NCBI RefSeq assembly: GCF_037042905.1
Contig: NC_087245.1
Span: 40,240,001 to 40,304,000, forward strand
DNA from: Lytechinus pictus
Taxonomy: Eukaryota
Length of the DNA stretch: 64,000 nt
Direction of reading: 5' to 3'
Each line of letters opens with the position of its first letter. Within the stretch, counting starts at the first letter, position 1. Positions 13,753 to 27,802 of this stretch are shown here, piece after piece. Under the pieces are notes generated by a model. That model did no database searches. It worked only from the letters and a program-made list of their open reading frames with translations, and was not told the origin of the DNA. A program made the position numbers and the translations under genes.

Positions 13753-16700
13753 TAGTAGGGGAGAGAGATAGGGTTCCCATGCACCCTATTGATTTATTTT
13801 TTAACCAACATTTTTGTAATCCTTAAGATGTCTAGTGAATGAATTTTGATGTACCCAAAATAAAATATTGTCCCATGGGGTTCAAATCCAAGATGGCGTC
13901 CAAAATGGCCGCCATATTCATGGACTTTGGATTTTCATAGATAGATTCCAACACAAACATTCATTTGCCACAAAATTAGTGTCATTTGAAAGATAAATAA
14001 ATTCTAAAGTTGATACTATTCTCAGGTGATGAAAAGGTAATTCGGCTGAGATTTTAATAAAAGAAGTGCAATTTTGAGATTTTTTACAAAAAATTGAAAA
14101 TTTGCGAAATACATGATTTACCATAAATCTAAAGAAAATGAAGCAATTGCCTTGAAAATTTCTAGAAAACTTTTCTAATATACAATTATTAAGTGGACGA
14201 AATTCCAAATTGATATCATTTTTCTTTACAAACTTATAATGTCTCAAACTTGAAAATTCAATTTTCAGAAATTTAGCTTCTTTACTGCATATATCGCAGA
14301 CTTGGATATACTAATGTATATTGTCACATTTCAACCCAGAAAATGGAAATAGGCCTTAATAAATTGTGAAATTATCTATTATTTTGTTGGTAGAATTTAC
14401 TACAATCCCTTTATTCTTCAATTTAAAGTCGGTTGATATAGTTTTTGAAAGAAGTAAGAATTTTGGCCAAAATTCGTATGTTTTTGGTAAAAAGATTGCA
14501 CATGCACTGAAATTGATCAGATTTATTACAAATAGCAATAATAAATGCACAATTTCAACATTCGATATGAAAGAGGATGTATTAACGAGAATATTGGCAG
14601 GCTTAATGCCACCATAAGTATCTTCATATGCCTAGAAAGAAGGAAAATATGCTGAATGTATTAACCGATTTTGCGCTAAAATGAGGCCAAAATGCAACCT
14701 CAGTGTGACAGTCACACCCAGGAAAACGATTGCAAAGTGATGAATGGTATGTCATTCAAATAATACAATAGCTTTGATCAGCCTCTCGCATCGATTTTGT
14801 TGGTATGACTAACATACCGTAATGTACAGTATGTAATGTGCATGGTAATAGAAATGTATATGATTCAGAAGGATGTAAAGACAAAAAAGGTGTTCTGTTA
14901 CATCATAAACAAACTTATTTAATGAAGTCTCTTGGAAACAGTTATAAGATACACTAGCACTGCAGGTAATAGAGATGAGGTTCTGACACATCAATACACA
15001 ACTCAAAGGAACATGTGGAAGCTACCCCCACTTTATCTGCATATTGAATCTATGGCCTGTATTCCAAAATCAGGTTTATCTTCGAACACAAATTAGTGTC
15101 ATATGAAAGATAAATAAATTTTCTACAAGTTGATATTATTCATAGGTGATGAAAAGGTAATTCGGCTGAGATTTTGATAAGAAAAGAGCATTTTTTAATT
15201 GTTTCCTAAGAAATGAAAATTTGCAAAATACTTTTTTTACCATAAATCTAAGGACAATAAAGGAATTGCCTTGAAACTTTCTATAAAACTTTCCTGATAT
15301 ACAATTATTAAGAAATTTTGCTTTTTTACTGCATTTTGCAGACTTAAATGTACTATATTGTCATTATCTTTACCAACCCTTTTCACCCTGTTGATAAGTT
15401 TTTCTAACCTACACCATTTTAATCCTGGAGTTGTATACTGAATGAATTTATTTTGATGTTCTGAAAACTTAAATATTGTCCCCTGGCCAGCCTCCGCCAC
15501 CTTGACGGCCATCTTGGATTCTCACGAAAAAGTCAAATTCGATATCATAGAAAAACAAATTATAAATGTTTTGAGGGGATTCTGAGTATAAGATATTGAT
15601 TGAGCGGGTTATCTTTATTCTTTACGATTTAAATTAAACAATTTTGATACATTAACATGATTAAAGTGCCAAAAATGACAAAAAACCTCTTTCTGTTGAC
15701 CAATGTAAAGAAAGGGAAGGTCTTTTTGGTACATTCAGATGTGTATGGTTGTGTTACTATTTTTTTTTTATACTATTTTCACTTTTAGGTGCAAGATTGT
15801 AGATTTAAACTTGTGTTGGTGAACGAGCAAGAGCATATTAACCATGCCAAAACGCAACAGTAGAAAATGTGACGAATCAGTACCACGGAAAAGGGCAAAT
15901 TGCATTTTACAACTTGCAACAACCCACTTATATCATGTCAAAATATAAGCTTTATGGTTCTTAGGAAGGACTTAGGAAAACTTTGACAGACAGGCAGTCA
16001 ATCTTAGAACTAATTGGCAGGCTCATGTGTTAGATTTGGGCGATCTTTTGGAGCTAAAACTTTTTGCCAATGTGATCTTGAAAGATATATTCCTGACCCA
16101 GAAGTTGTAAACTTTGGACTGGAAAAGCATTTATGCTTGCCGCAAAATTCAGGAGAATTCTAATCTCTTTGAGATAAAAAAAAAAATATCCGGAATTTTC
16201 TTGGAGTTGTGGTTGCCAATGTCACCCGGGCAACTGCTAATTTCGAGCCCTGCTTTGGAGTGGGGATGGTGGATGGAATTTCCCTCACGTGTGATCTGTT
16301 CCTTCTCAAGATTCCTCCGTTTGGCTTTGATACTTTGTAAGACCTGGGTTCCTCACAGACTTTGGATACTTTGGCTGGTATCCAAGTGTGGTCTCTTGGA
16401 TGTAGAACTCTCACTGGCTGTCCTACATGCAGAGGTGGTAGATCACAACTTGCATGTCGATAATGCACTTCCTTAATCTTGTCTTGCCTATTGAAGAGAA
16501 AATCAGTGGTAGTAGAATCTCTCGAGAAATAGTGACATGCAATGTGGTTCTGATGAGTCTACCAATTAGCATTTCTGCTGGCGATCTCAGGTTACTTTCG
16601 CCTGGTGTTGCTCTCAGGTTCATCATTGCTATTTGACTTTCTTGGCCAGTCTGAGAACATTTTGTCAGCAGATTCTTGACTGTACGAACCATCCTCTGAG

Positions 16701-19700
16701 CTAATCCATTTGATCTTGGATAGTGTGGAGAAGAAGTAATGTGCTTGATATTCCACTTCTTTTCTTCTGCTGCATTGCTTGATGTTTTGTGGCATGTTTC
16801 ACACTGCTTTATCAACTGGTCGATGTCCTTGTTGATGTTTGGCAAGAACACTGTCTCACGAGCAAGTCGTCTGGTACTTTCGATTCCCATGTGTCCTAGG
16901 TGAAGCTGTCTAAGGATATCATTCTTCAGTGACTTCGGTATGATGACTTGACTTCCCTTGAAGAGTACTCCATGTGATAATCCGATGTTATCTAGAGCTG
17001 TAAGACCAATACTGCCTAAGGGATTTCGGTAACTCTTGGATTGTTTCAGGCCAACCCTGAGTAACTATCTGCCATTATGATCTGGGAATTAGATCATTAG
17101 CCGTTTCTCTCTGAAGTTCTGTCCTCTTGTGTTGTCCGAAGAGTAATAAGTCGATCGTATATGCGAATCTTTAACCTCAGAGCAGATGGATATAACTATG
17201 ACATCTAGCGGTACATCGCATGCTTCCTTGGGATTAGGAAGTCGACTCAATGTATCGGAAGATCATGTCTTTTCCAGGTCGGTAATTGACTTGGCACCTG
17301 TTTCCTTGGACTTTGATAAGCGATCGCTGTAGATGCGGTGGTGCACTTCTAAGAGGTTTCTTCCACATTATTTCCAGTGGTCTGTGATTGGTTATGACTG
17401 TGAATTCCTTCCCGAACAGATATGCATGGAAGCGTTTGATACCAAGCACTAGGACTAAGATTTCCCTCTCTATGTTTGAGTAGTTGGACTGTGCAGTGGA
17501 AAGACTTAGATGCAAACGCAACAGGTTACCTTCCTGAAGCAGGCATGCTCCTAGATCTTTCATTGATGCATCTACCTCGACAGTTGTCTCTTTCTCTGGG
17601 TCATAGAATTGTAGACATGCACCTGATGATACTGCACATTTCAGGCTGTTCAAGGAATGTTCATGATCATCGTCCCAGATGAACGGTACTTCCTTGTGAA
17701 GAAGTTATCGAAGTGGTGCTGACTTCTCCTAGAAATTAGGAATGTATGCTGCTAGGTATTTGAACAATATTAGGCATTTCTGAACATCCTCTTTGTCCTT
17801 GGGTAATAGTACTTGGGTAACGTGTTGGCTTCTACCTTGCTAGGATCTGGGTAGATATATGATCTAGTGCGCTTGGAGCCAAAGAAGTTGATAGCTTCTT
17901 TCTTGATTGTGCACTTGGAGCTGTTGAACACTAAGCCTTCTTGCTTTGCTGTACTCCACAAGTACAGATTCTTGTTGTGTTCCTCCTCCGTTCTCCCTAC
18001 AATAGCTATGTCATATGCAATGCATATGCAGCCTAGTTGGCACATTCTGCACAATCCTATCCATGTGCTGCTGGAATATGTCTTGGCTAGTGCATAGACC
18101 AAATGGTAATCTTTGGAAGCAGGACCTTCCAGATGGTGTTCGGAATGTGGTGAGGTCTTGGCATTCCTCAGCCAGGTGAACTGACCAGTAACCAGTCTTT
18201 GTGTCTAACTTGGAGAAGTACTGGGGTCCTGCAAAGATAGGTTGGACCTCCTCTAAGGTTGAATCTTGTGTAGGCAACTCTTCAAGGCGCTGTTTATCCT
18301 CCTTGGGTCAAGACAAATTCTGATTGAACCGTCTTTCTTCACAACAGTGGTCATAGAGCTGCACCAATCGGTTGGAACTCGATTTTCCTGGTGACTTCTT
18401 GCTGCTCCATCTCGTCAAGTTCAGCCTTGATCTTGTCCTTCAAGTGTGCTGCACTTGCGTGGTGCTTCTATGGTAGGTTAAGTGATGTCCTTGACATCGA
18501 AGCATCGCTTTTCCTTTGAAACTACCAATAGCATCGAGTTGCTCTGGAAATGCTTGTTTGAGATCCTTATTATCTGTGATAGGTGTTTGTTTAGGTTTAG
18601 GTTTAGATGTAGGTGTGTCATAATTGTGCATTGAGTGAATTCCAAGGTCAGTGCAACCTAACAACCCTAGGATAGCTGAAACCTTGACATCTGCTACATA
18701 GAATGTCTGTGTTGACCATTTTGGACTTATGTGTAGTGTACATTTACATTTAATTGGAATCTCACCATAAGCTACAAGTTTTTTGCTGGTGTTTGTTTCA
18801 CTAATGATTCCCACTTTGAACTTTATATTGCATTGGCGGTACGTACTGTGATAGTGTTAGCACTTGCACCTGAGTCAACTCTTAGGTAGAGCGTATGTTG
18901 ACCGACTCTGGGCTTATTATGTCAATGTTAGCAAATGCTACTGTACCTTCTGAATTTACAACTGTGTGTGGCCCATTGGTGTGTATCGTGTCAAATTATG
19001 CAAACTTAGTTGGATGGACTGCCTTTAGACTGATAATGATCATGATCTGTGATAGATCCTGTGATGTGTCCATTTCGCTGATCGGTAAGTTCTTTCGACC
19101 TTTTGATTTTGATTGTGATTTCTTTGTTGTTGTTAACGATCATCAGATACCATGTCAGATCTTCGGTCATCTGAACTATGATATGGTTTTCGACTATGAT
19201 CACTTTTTGATTGACGACAGAATTTCGCCCAATGACCTCTCACTGTGGAGAGCCAATTCCATTTATTGACACCCAAATTGTTCATAATTTTCTGAGAATA
19301 ATAATTGAGTTTTTTCCTTCATTATGAAAGCAAAAGGAACAGAGTAGTAAACAGTGGCGGACCGGACCCGGCCGGAGGAGACAAAGCATTGGAGGGGCAC
19401 AGCATTGTTCACAAACAATACAGTGCCCATCAATGCTTTGTCTCCTCCGGGTCACGGTCCGCCACTGGTAGAAAACATAAGAGATATACAATATAAACAG
19501 AATTTTTAAATTTTGGCTCTTCATAAATTTAGAAGAGTTAGACCGTGTTCGAAAATAAACCTGATTTTGGAATACAGGCCATCGATTCAAAATACAGATA
19601 AGGTGGGGGGGGGGGGGGGTAGCTTTGACATGTTCCAGTTTGGGTTGTGTATTGATGTGTCAGAACCTCATATCTATTACCTGCAGTGCTAGTGTATCTT

Positions 19701-20883
19701 ATAACTGTTTCCAAGAGACTTCATTAAATAAATTTGTTTATGATGTAACAGAAAACCTTTTTTGTCTTTACATCCTTCTGAATCAGATACATTTCTATTA
19801 CCATGCACATTACATACTGTACATTACGGTGTGTTAGTCATACCAACAAAATCGATGCGAGAGACTGATCAAAGATATTGTATTATTTGAATGACATACC
19901 AGTAATCACTTTGCAATCGTTTTCATGGGTGTGACTGCCACACTAAGGTTGCTTTTTGGCCTCATTTTAGCGAAAAATCGGTTAATACATTCAGCATATT
20001 TTCCTTCTATCTAAGCAAATGAAGATACTTATGGTGGCATGAAGCCTGCCAATATTCTCGTTGATACATCCTCTTATATATTGAATGTTGAGATTGTGCA
20101 TTTATTACTGCTATTCATAATAAATCTGATCAATATCAGTGCATGTGCAATTTTTTTACGAAAAACATACAAATTTTGGCCAAAAGTCTTAATTCTTTCA
20201 AAAAATATATCAACCGACTTTAAATTGAAGAATAAAGGGATTGTAGTAAAATTCTACCAACAAAATAATATATAATTTCACAATTTATTAAGGCCTATTT
20301 TCATTTTCTGGGTTGAAAATGTGACAATATACATTAGTATATCCAAGTCTGCGATATGCAGTAAAGAAGCTAAATTTTTGAAAATTGAATTTTCAAGTTT
20401 GAGACATTATAAGTTTGTAAAGAAAAATGACATCGATTTGGAATTTCGTCCACTTAATAATTTTATATTAGAAAAGTTTTCTAGGAATTTTCAAGGCAAT
20501 TGCTTCATTTTCCTTAGATTTATGGTAAATCATGTATTTCGGAAATTTTCTATTTTTTGGAAAAAAATTCCAAAATTGCACTTTTCTTATTAAAATCTCA
20601 GTCGAATTACCTTTTCATCACCTAAGAATAGTATCAACTTGTAGAAGATTTATTTATCTTTCATATGACACTAATTTTGTGGCAAATGAATGTTTGTGTC
20701 GGAATCTATCTATGAAAATCCAAATTCCATGAATATGGCGGCCATTTTGGACGCCATCTTGGATTTGAACCCCATGGGACAATATTTCATTTTGGGAACA
20801 TCAAAATTCATTCACTAGACATCTTAAGGATTACAAAAATGTATCAATGGGGTGCATGGGAACCCTATCTCCCTACCAGACTA
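13753..20883. mobile_element. 7.1-kb DNA transposon with ~1.33-kb TIRs and TAG...CTA ends (Academ-like, non-autonomous)
   Basis: 13753-15088 is the reverse complement of 19545-20883; near-identical spurious ORFs on opposite strands confirm this; TTACTT on both flanks. Confidence 0.85.
16170..19260 (-). pseudogene. Gypsy/Ty3 gag-end plus pol relic (PR-RT-RNase H-IN), multiply frameshifted, no LTRs seen
   Basis: Zinc-knuckle end GHWAKFC (~19240); protease VDSGA (~18870); RT FSKLD..GYW..TTFRTP.GR..RLPFGL; RNase H VDAS..LGACLLQ..YSNIERE; integrase HLGHMGIE..CETC and SSPHYPRSNGLA. Confidence 0.9.
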
Positions 20884-21295
20884 TTACTTCTTCCGTATGA
20901 AGGACCCTTTACTGATCCGCTCGTAACCAACTAAATCGCATTGAAATATAACATAATCATTATTCAGAATATCTCATGAAATTCTTCGACACTATAACCA
21001 CATATCATTTCATTTTCACTTTAACTCTGCATAATCCAGTTTCCTTTTTTACAATCGAACACCATAACTCCAAATATAACTTCAATTACACTTCTTGTAT
21101 CGTCAACGTCTTCCTAAAAGTATTTTCTTTTCTTTCTTATTGTTTATCTTTCTCATCATTGAACTCATTTCAAAACTAACATCAACTGAGGATCTGTACT
21201 GATCCATCATCCAAAATTAAAATCAACTGTCAATATTCAACAACAGTCAAGGACTAAAACAAACCAAACAATATCAATTGAAATTTCTCACTATA

Positions 21296-22275
21296 CAGTG
21301 CGTATCAAAAAAAGTTTACATTTTGAAAAAGCCCTGGGAATTAAAACATATACAACATGTGGGTAATTTTTTCACATATAATCTTGGGTTTGGGTCTCAT
21401 CTATCCAATGAAAGTAAAAGTTTTGACAGAATGTTACACTTGTGAGCACTGTCCATTTTTGTAAAGCTCGCAGAAATCTGTTTGCGCAGAAATGCTCGTT
21501 TTCACGCTGTGTCAAGGGGAAAGGGCGAAATCAAACTTACCCTGTGAAACATTTCTCATACATTTCCCTTGCACTTTTAGCCAATTGAAATAAAACAGAT
21601 ACATACAAGCATTTTGTAACAATTTTGCAACCCAATTGAAATTTCAACATTTAGTAAGCACAACCTTTACCCTTTTTGTGCCAGCTGGATCTGAGGACAA
21701 CTGAATCTGAACAAAGGTTAATCTCAGACATCTCCAGCATTTTTTCACTAAGTTTTATCATTTAAAGTGGGTTTACATTTCATTTTTCATTTAATTCTTG
21801 TTTCACCACACTTTTTCCAAGCTTGACAATGATTAACAAAATAAAAATCAAATCTAAGACATTTCATGTAAATCACAGCTCAGTGTAAAGCAAATACCGT
21901 CACGATGGCCTCGGTGTGTGGGTAGTGGGGTGGGGCGCAACGCACTCTTTGAAGTGTTTTGGGCAAGGAAACAAGTTAAAAAAGGTAAAATATATCTTCA
22001 AATCAGTTTTACTAGCTAAATTCCACGTGTTCTTCATGATTAAGGTCTACTTTTATTCGCATAACTATTTCAAAGTTCTGCACAAATCATTTTTCACTAA
22101 CTTTTCAAAAGTAATTGGTGCTCACTCAAGCGTAAATATTTTTCGACAGTTATATCGTCATTTGCCTAAATGGATCTGTACCAATGTTAAAATGTGGAAA
22201 AATCTTCAGGATATTACAAATGTATAATTTTACAAGATTTTTTCGAAGTGTAAACTTTTTTTTGATAACTCATTG
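21296..22275. mobile_element. Tc1/mariner-type non-autonomous element
   Basis: TA|CAGTGCGTATCAAAAAAAGTTTACA ... TGTAAACTTTTTTTTGATAACTCATTG|TA. Confidence 0.85.
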
Positions 22276-22569
22276 TATACACAAAAAAATCAGTATCTAA
22301 ATCGCTGAACTATTTGTCCATCAGAATCTTTTCAGCGTTTATTGTTCTACATCAAACAATCAGACATAGCGTATACGTCAACATAGCCGACCGTATCTTG
22401 CGAACTTGGGTTCGGTTACTCTCGGTGACTAGCGGCGAATCTCGGTGTCCTTCGGCGACTTTCGACTACTCTCGGCTCCAGTGGCCATTAGTCTTCGGGT
22501 AAACACGTCCCACCTCGGTACCATCGATGACTTCAGCAAAACGGGCTTAAAATTGATTTTAAAAGACAT

Positions 22570-22727
22570 GGGGAGTGTTTCATGAAGGACTTGTCAGACG
22601 TTTTATCCGACAAGTCCTGTTTTATCCGACAGTTACCATAGTAACAGTGGCTCTCGGCCAATCAGAATCAAGGAAAGATGTCAGATCTGACAACTTGTCG
22701 GACAAAAATGTTGATGAAATGCTCCCC
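22570..22727. mobile_element. 158-bp MITE (PIF/Harbinger-like)
   Basis: GGGGAGTGTTTCAT ... ATGAAATGCTCCCC TIRs; internal TCCGACA/TGTCGGA motifs. Confidence 0.8.
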
Positions 22728-23657
22728 TGTATTCTGACCTCATGCAGGTAGTAATGTTTAGCAGCTCAAAATCAGGAAAAATAAAGCTGATCGGAAGTAA
22801 ATTAAGCTTTCAACATGTAATTATAATGTAATAAACTCTCTTCTGGCTGGCTCGAGAAAACTGCACAATGATGTGTGCTCACCAAAGTCTGGAGATGGTG
22901 TGTGCAAAAAGCTAATGGAAAGCTCCTGAACACTTATACTATAGCCCAGAAAAATCCCAAGCAGCTGGTCAAAAAGATTGGATCTCTTGCTCTGAAAAAA
23001 ATGATGAAGTATACTTTGAAAATAAAATTATTGTATTTTAAATATATTGGAACTTGCTTGGAAAACCAAAACATATATCAATATTTGATAAATAGATTTT
23101 AGCACATATCTTGAATATACGATGGTAAATAACCTTTTTTTTTTTATAAATATGTTGCCCAATCTTATAATTCAATATCGTCATAATTATGAAATTTTCG
23201 TCATTTTGTCACCCTCAATGAGGAAGTTAACCAACAACATGACTGTGCTAGTCTTGTGGGAAGACCCACTTGTTGATATAAATTTTAATCAGGTTCTGTT
23301 CATGCAGACCATATACACTACCATGGTCATCATGTCGACCTTCATTCGGAAGTAAAAGTGCATATGTGAAAACAATTGTGAACCAGATATTTTACAGAAA
23401 CGACGTCAAACCTTCCAAAATGCGGGTTTAAAAAAAGTTCGACGCCATCATGGCCATGACCAACACGGCAAAGTCATTCCAATTCATAACCTCAAGACGA
23501 ACAATAGGGCGTTTCTCATTTCCAATGCAAAATATTGTTCCTGTCAACTTATCGGCTGGAATTCACAAGGTGGGGATTCCGGCCATATCGTGTAAACGTC
23601 CGGACCGGAAGCAAAGTCTGAAGGACAACAATAGGTCGAGCAATGTTGTAAAATGAC

Positions 23658-23866
23658 AGGGAGATTTTCAAAGGGGGGGGGGGGCATGCCCGAAATTTGT
23701 GAGCATTTACCGTCCAGAGTGCGGTTGAAAGAGAGGGAAAAAAAGTATCGATGCAACATGAATAAGGGAGATTTTAAAAGGGGGGCATGCCCAAAATTTG
23801 TGAGCATTGTTACCGTCCAGAGAGCGGTTGAAAGGAGAGGAAAAGTATAGATGCAACATGGATAAG
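23658..23866 (+). repeat. Tandem duplication of a ~105-bp unit
   Basis: GGGGCATGCCC.AAATTTGTGAGCATT..TACCGTCCAGAG.GCGGTTGAAA...GATGCAACATG occurs twice in a row. Confidence 0.8.
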
Positions 23867-26145
23867 CTTTAGGATGCTCATTTCATATAAATAAGTTTTA
23901 GTACTAAGTTCCCAACTTGAAGATTCAAATTTCTGAAGCTTTCGGAGGCCTTTTGTCCCTGGTACCTATACCCATCGCGAACTTTGTGCTACGAGGAGAA
24001 GAAAAAGGAGGAGAAAGAGAGATGGAAAAGAAGAAGATAAATAAGAGGAAAAGAAGAAGAGAAATAAGAGGAAAAGAGGAGTGAATTAAATTAGCAGAGG
24101 GGAATAATAATAATTGGAAAATAGATTTTAAAAATCAGACATTATGCAGAAATAAATGAATAAGCTATGTCTTAAGAAACACAGATAGTCACCGGTGCAG
24201 GGGAGTGCAGTGCCAATGGGGCAGAGGTGACCTTGTTATTTTTCAAATATAAAAAAAGAGAGAAAACGAAGAGGAAAATAAAGAGGAAGAAAAAATAAGA
24301 GAGAATGGAGACTGCCAAATTGCGAAGTCTCCGCCTCTTTTCCCATTTTTATTCTATCAACAAAAAAGCCATCATTTTCTTGCACCCAACACCCTCTCAA
24401 AATATCATGGCGCCGCCTTTGCACTAAAGTATCTGACTCACACTTGACGCTCATTCACATAACGACATCATTATATGTTTCGAGGGTAATCCAACCAAAA
24501 TAAAAAGTTTTTTATAGGCCTACAGGGGGTGAAAAAAAAACGTAGGGAGCTGAAAGTTTGAACAACATCGGATAAAAAATTAAGAAAGTTGATAAATTTG
24601 TAAAACTTGTAAAAAGTTGTAATCACTATACATAAGGAGACTTCGAATTGGCCATACAGTATGCCATAATGGTTGCCAACAACTCTTTCATTTGCTCCAT
24701 TGCAAAAATACCGGGCCAAAAAAAATATTTTCTCAAAGTTGTACTTCAAATAATATATATATATATTTTCTTTCATGAGAACATATGTGAATATACATTG
24801 CGTCCCAGAATTAACAAAACTGAGAATTATCGTCGATTTATCATAACTTTTTCACAAAAAAGAGATACATGGCCTATCGATATAAAGCTTGGAATCTCCT
24901 CTTTCAGTCTGGTGAAACTTAAAATGCTCTTCATTAATGCATGAGTGAGCAAAGTAATTTGAAAAAAGGATGACAAAAAAATCACTTGGTAACTATGCAC
25001 ACTTAAAAAAAAATCACTATTGTATTCATCTTCTTAAAACCAGGCAAGTTGAATTCCGTATTCAGTATTTCGTTACTTTATTTTCATCGTAGACATGATA
25101 AACTACTGATGCATGGACGACTAGTTAACCGAACCTTTCGAGAAAAAAAAACCTTCCATTTTAAAAATGGAGTTGTATAAACATATGGAGCTGTGTATCA
25201 TTAATATGTTTTGGAAGTCACTTTGCAATTCCGCTCTGCAAGCCATAACAAATATGATCATGGTCAGTGGGTAGAGGTCACTGTACTTTCTGCAGCTCAC
25301 AATTGTCTCTTCTCATTACTGCATCATTGTTAAAACGTCAGTAGTATATGTGTTACAACATATTTATATTCAAGTGGGCAACAAATAGATACAACTGTCA
25401 TGTTAAATCAATTATTTTTCACAGAGTAGTATTTGAAGAGACTGATGCATGTTTTTAATCATCAAAACACTTTTGTTTCTTTAAAAAAATGAATGAATGA
25501 ATGAATCAATAAATAATACTTTGGAAATCGATCTTTTGAAAATTATGTAGTGGAATAATGGTAAATACACCTACAACCAGGATTCCCCAGATCCATCTCT
25601 TCTGTTTTAAATTTTGGCGAGGACCCAAAAATGTCTCTGCCACTAGCCACTCTCCCGGCCGTCTTGGGTGAAGCCGCCTCCGACGCCGGACTGAAGCCGC
25701 CTTCACTCCTGCAATTTAGGTGGTGATACACATTCGCCGAACACGCCGAAAGTGGACTGAATACGCCTCGAGATCATTTAATTCATCCCCGTGCCTATCC
25801 ACAAGAAGCGAGTCGCCTTACTCTTCATGCCAGCATTTTACATTGTTCAGCTGATAGCAATAACTATTTCTAGTTCATCCGGCCTTAGTTCACTTGGCGG
25901 AGATACATATACATGTACATATTCCAGGACTGACACCGCCTTTAAACCACATCCGAAGGTGGACTCAATCAGAGCCAGCGTCAGTCCGGCTTTTGTGAGG
26001 TTGATACACAAGTCAGAGGAGTCTGTTTAAGACTCCACCGAATCATAGGAAAAGTAATAATCAAGTTACTTTTAATCCAGCCTCCTTCTCCCTCTCACCC
26101 CCATTTTCTCTCTGTTCTCTCCTTTGCAGATATAAGCAACCTAAG

Positions 26146-26371
26146 ATGTCGACGTCGACAAGTGACACAAAGAACATACGCCGCAGGGATATAAGAAAAA
26201 GTCCCAAGCGATGGCTCATCTTGTCAGCCGTATTCTTTGTATCATTCTTTGAAACTGGTCTTGTGCGGTCAGTTGCACTCATACTTGATGATCTCAAGAC
26301 AGAATTCGATGCCAGTGCCGCCTACCTCGGCTCCATTCTGGGATTTGCATTTAATATCACATACTCTTTAG
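26146..26371 (+). CDS. SLC16/monocarboxylate-transporter-like MFS protein, coding exon 1 of 4 (527 aa total)
   Basis: Acceptor TTTGCAG ends at 26130, then ATG; RWLILSAVFF TM1; donor G|GTAACT, phase 1. Confidence 0.85.
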
Positions 26372-26421
26372 GTAACTAGTATATATGAAATATATGAAAT
26401 GAAAAACAGAAGACAACTGTG

Positions 26422-26719
26422 TGGAGCGTTGTGGCCCAGTGGATAAGTCTCCGGACTTTGAAACAGAGGGTCGTGGGTTCATATCCCAGCCATGGCGTAA
26501 TTTCCTTCGGCAAGAAATTTATCCACATTGTGCTGCACTCGACCCAGGTGAGGTGAATGGGTACCCGGTAGGAAGAAATGTATTGAATGCTCGAGCGCCC
26601 GATCAAGGTAGCCGTGCTAAAGCCGGGGTAATAATAATAGCAGGGCCCGCTGGGAGAACAGTTTTCGGAACTGAAGTGGCTACCCTGGGTAAGTATGCCG
26701 TTATTATTATTATTATTAT
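26422..26719 (+). mobile_element. tRNA-derived SINE, tail type 2 (MCT intron 1)
   Basis: A and B boxes, shared core, tail GGGCCCGCTGGGAGAACAG..., (TTA)n end. Confidence 0.9.
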
Positions 26720-27802
26720 AACTTTAGAAAATAAAAACATTGTCTTTGCCATAGACACAATGGCAGGGTTAATATCAGAGTTAGCCCTACCGGTTGCAAT
26801 TTAGACCCATCCCTGGTATATTGGGGAAACGGGATTTCTGGCTTGGTCACACCGCTCTGACTTAACTGATGCAAATTCGTTCCTTTACTCTTGTGGTTTC
26901 CTGTGGTATACAATGTTTTAAGTTCATATTGTGAAGTTTCGTTGGTGAAAATAGAGGAGATTTCTTCCTCGCTCCCTACTCTCCCTCGCACATGTCAAAC
27001 GACATTCACTGAAATGTCTTAATGTAGGACATTATGTTGTAGGTTAAGAATGCTAATTTTTACTGGCGAAAACCTGCAATCAGCAATTTACTAAAATTAC
27101 ACTCTTGTCAGTCTCGATCGAGGGGCCAATTGTTTGTTCAAGTATTAATTGTGGAAACCTTTGTTCAATACCCTACCCCTAAAAAAGGTAGACATGCAAA
27201 TAGATAAGCTGTACTGGTTTAGAGAGGGGGCCTTGCCAGCAGTTTGCCGTTTCGAAATGCTGGGGAAAACAATTTTTTTGGCTTGGTCCCTCCGCTCTGA
27301 CTTAACTGATTCAAATTTGTCCATTCACCGCAGGGTCTAGTGGTATAGAACGTTTCAGGTTCAAAATGCCAAGATTCACTGGTGAAAATAGCAAAACCTC
27401 TTATTCTCGCAAGGTGAATAAATGTTATTGTAGCTGTTCCAGTATAGTGAGCGCCTCAGTGTCGACTAGCTGGAATGCTTTCCATAGGGAGTGGAAGATG
27501 ATGTGCATATATCGTGTCCGGGAATGAGTGATAATCCGATGACCGGGATATTGATACATTCGTACCTGATGTGTATATGCATTACAACGAAATGTCATTA
27601 ACAAAACTATTAGGCCTATTGTTATTATAAACGACTCTGGCGGATTTTCTGCGAACCTTAAATATATTCTCAAATCTAGCCGTCAGGATAATGTTCCTTT
27701 TCAAGATAATACGGGGCTAAGAAAAGCAAGGGTGAAAGGTATATAATGGGATTGACATCATAAATTTGTAAGTGATCTTTATTTTTTGTCTGCGTCATAC
27801 AG

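Noticed and set aside
13918..15006. ORFs 13918-14247, 14356-14550, 14809-15006 and their mirror ORFs at 19625-20732
   Set aside because: They merely reflect the TIRs; no protein motifs, and frames differ between arms
22380..25760. GC-rich patches at 22380-22560 and 25600-25760 as ends of one element
   Set aside because: Only short motif similarity; no alignable TIR or TSD
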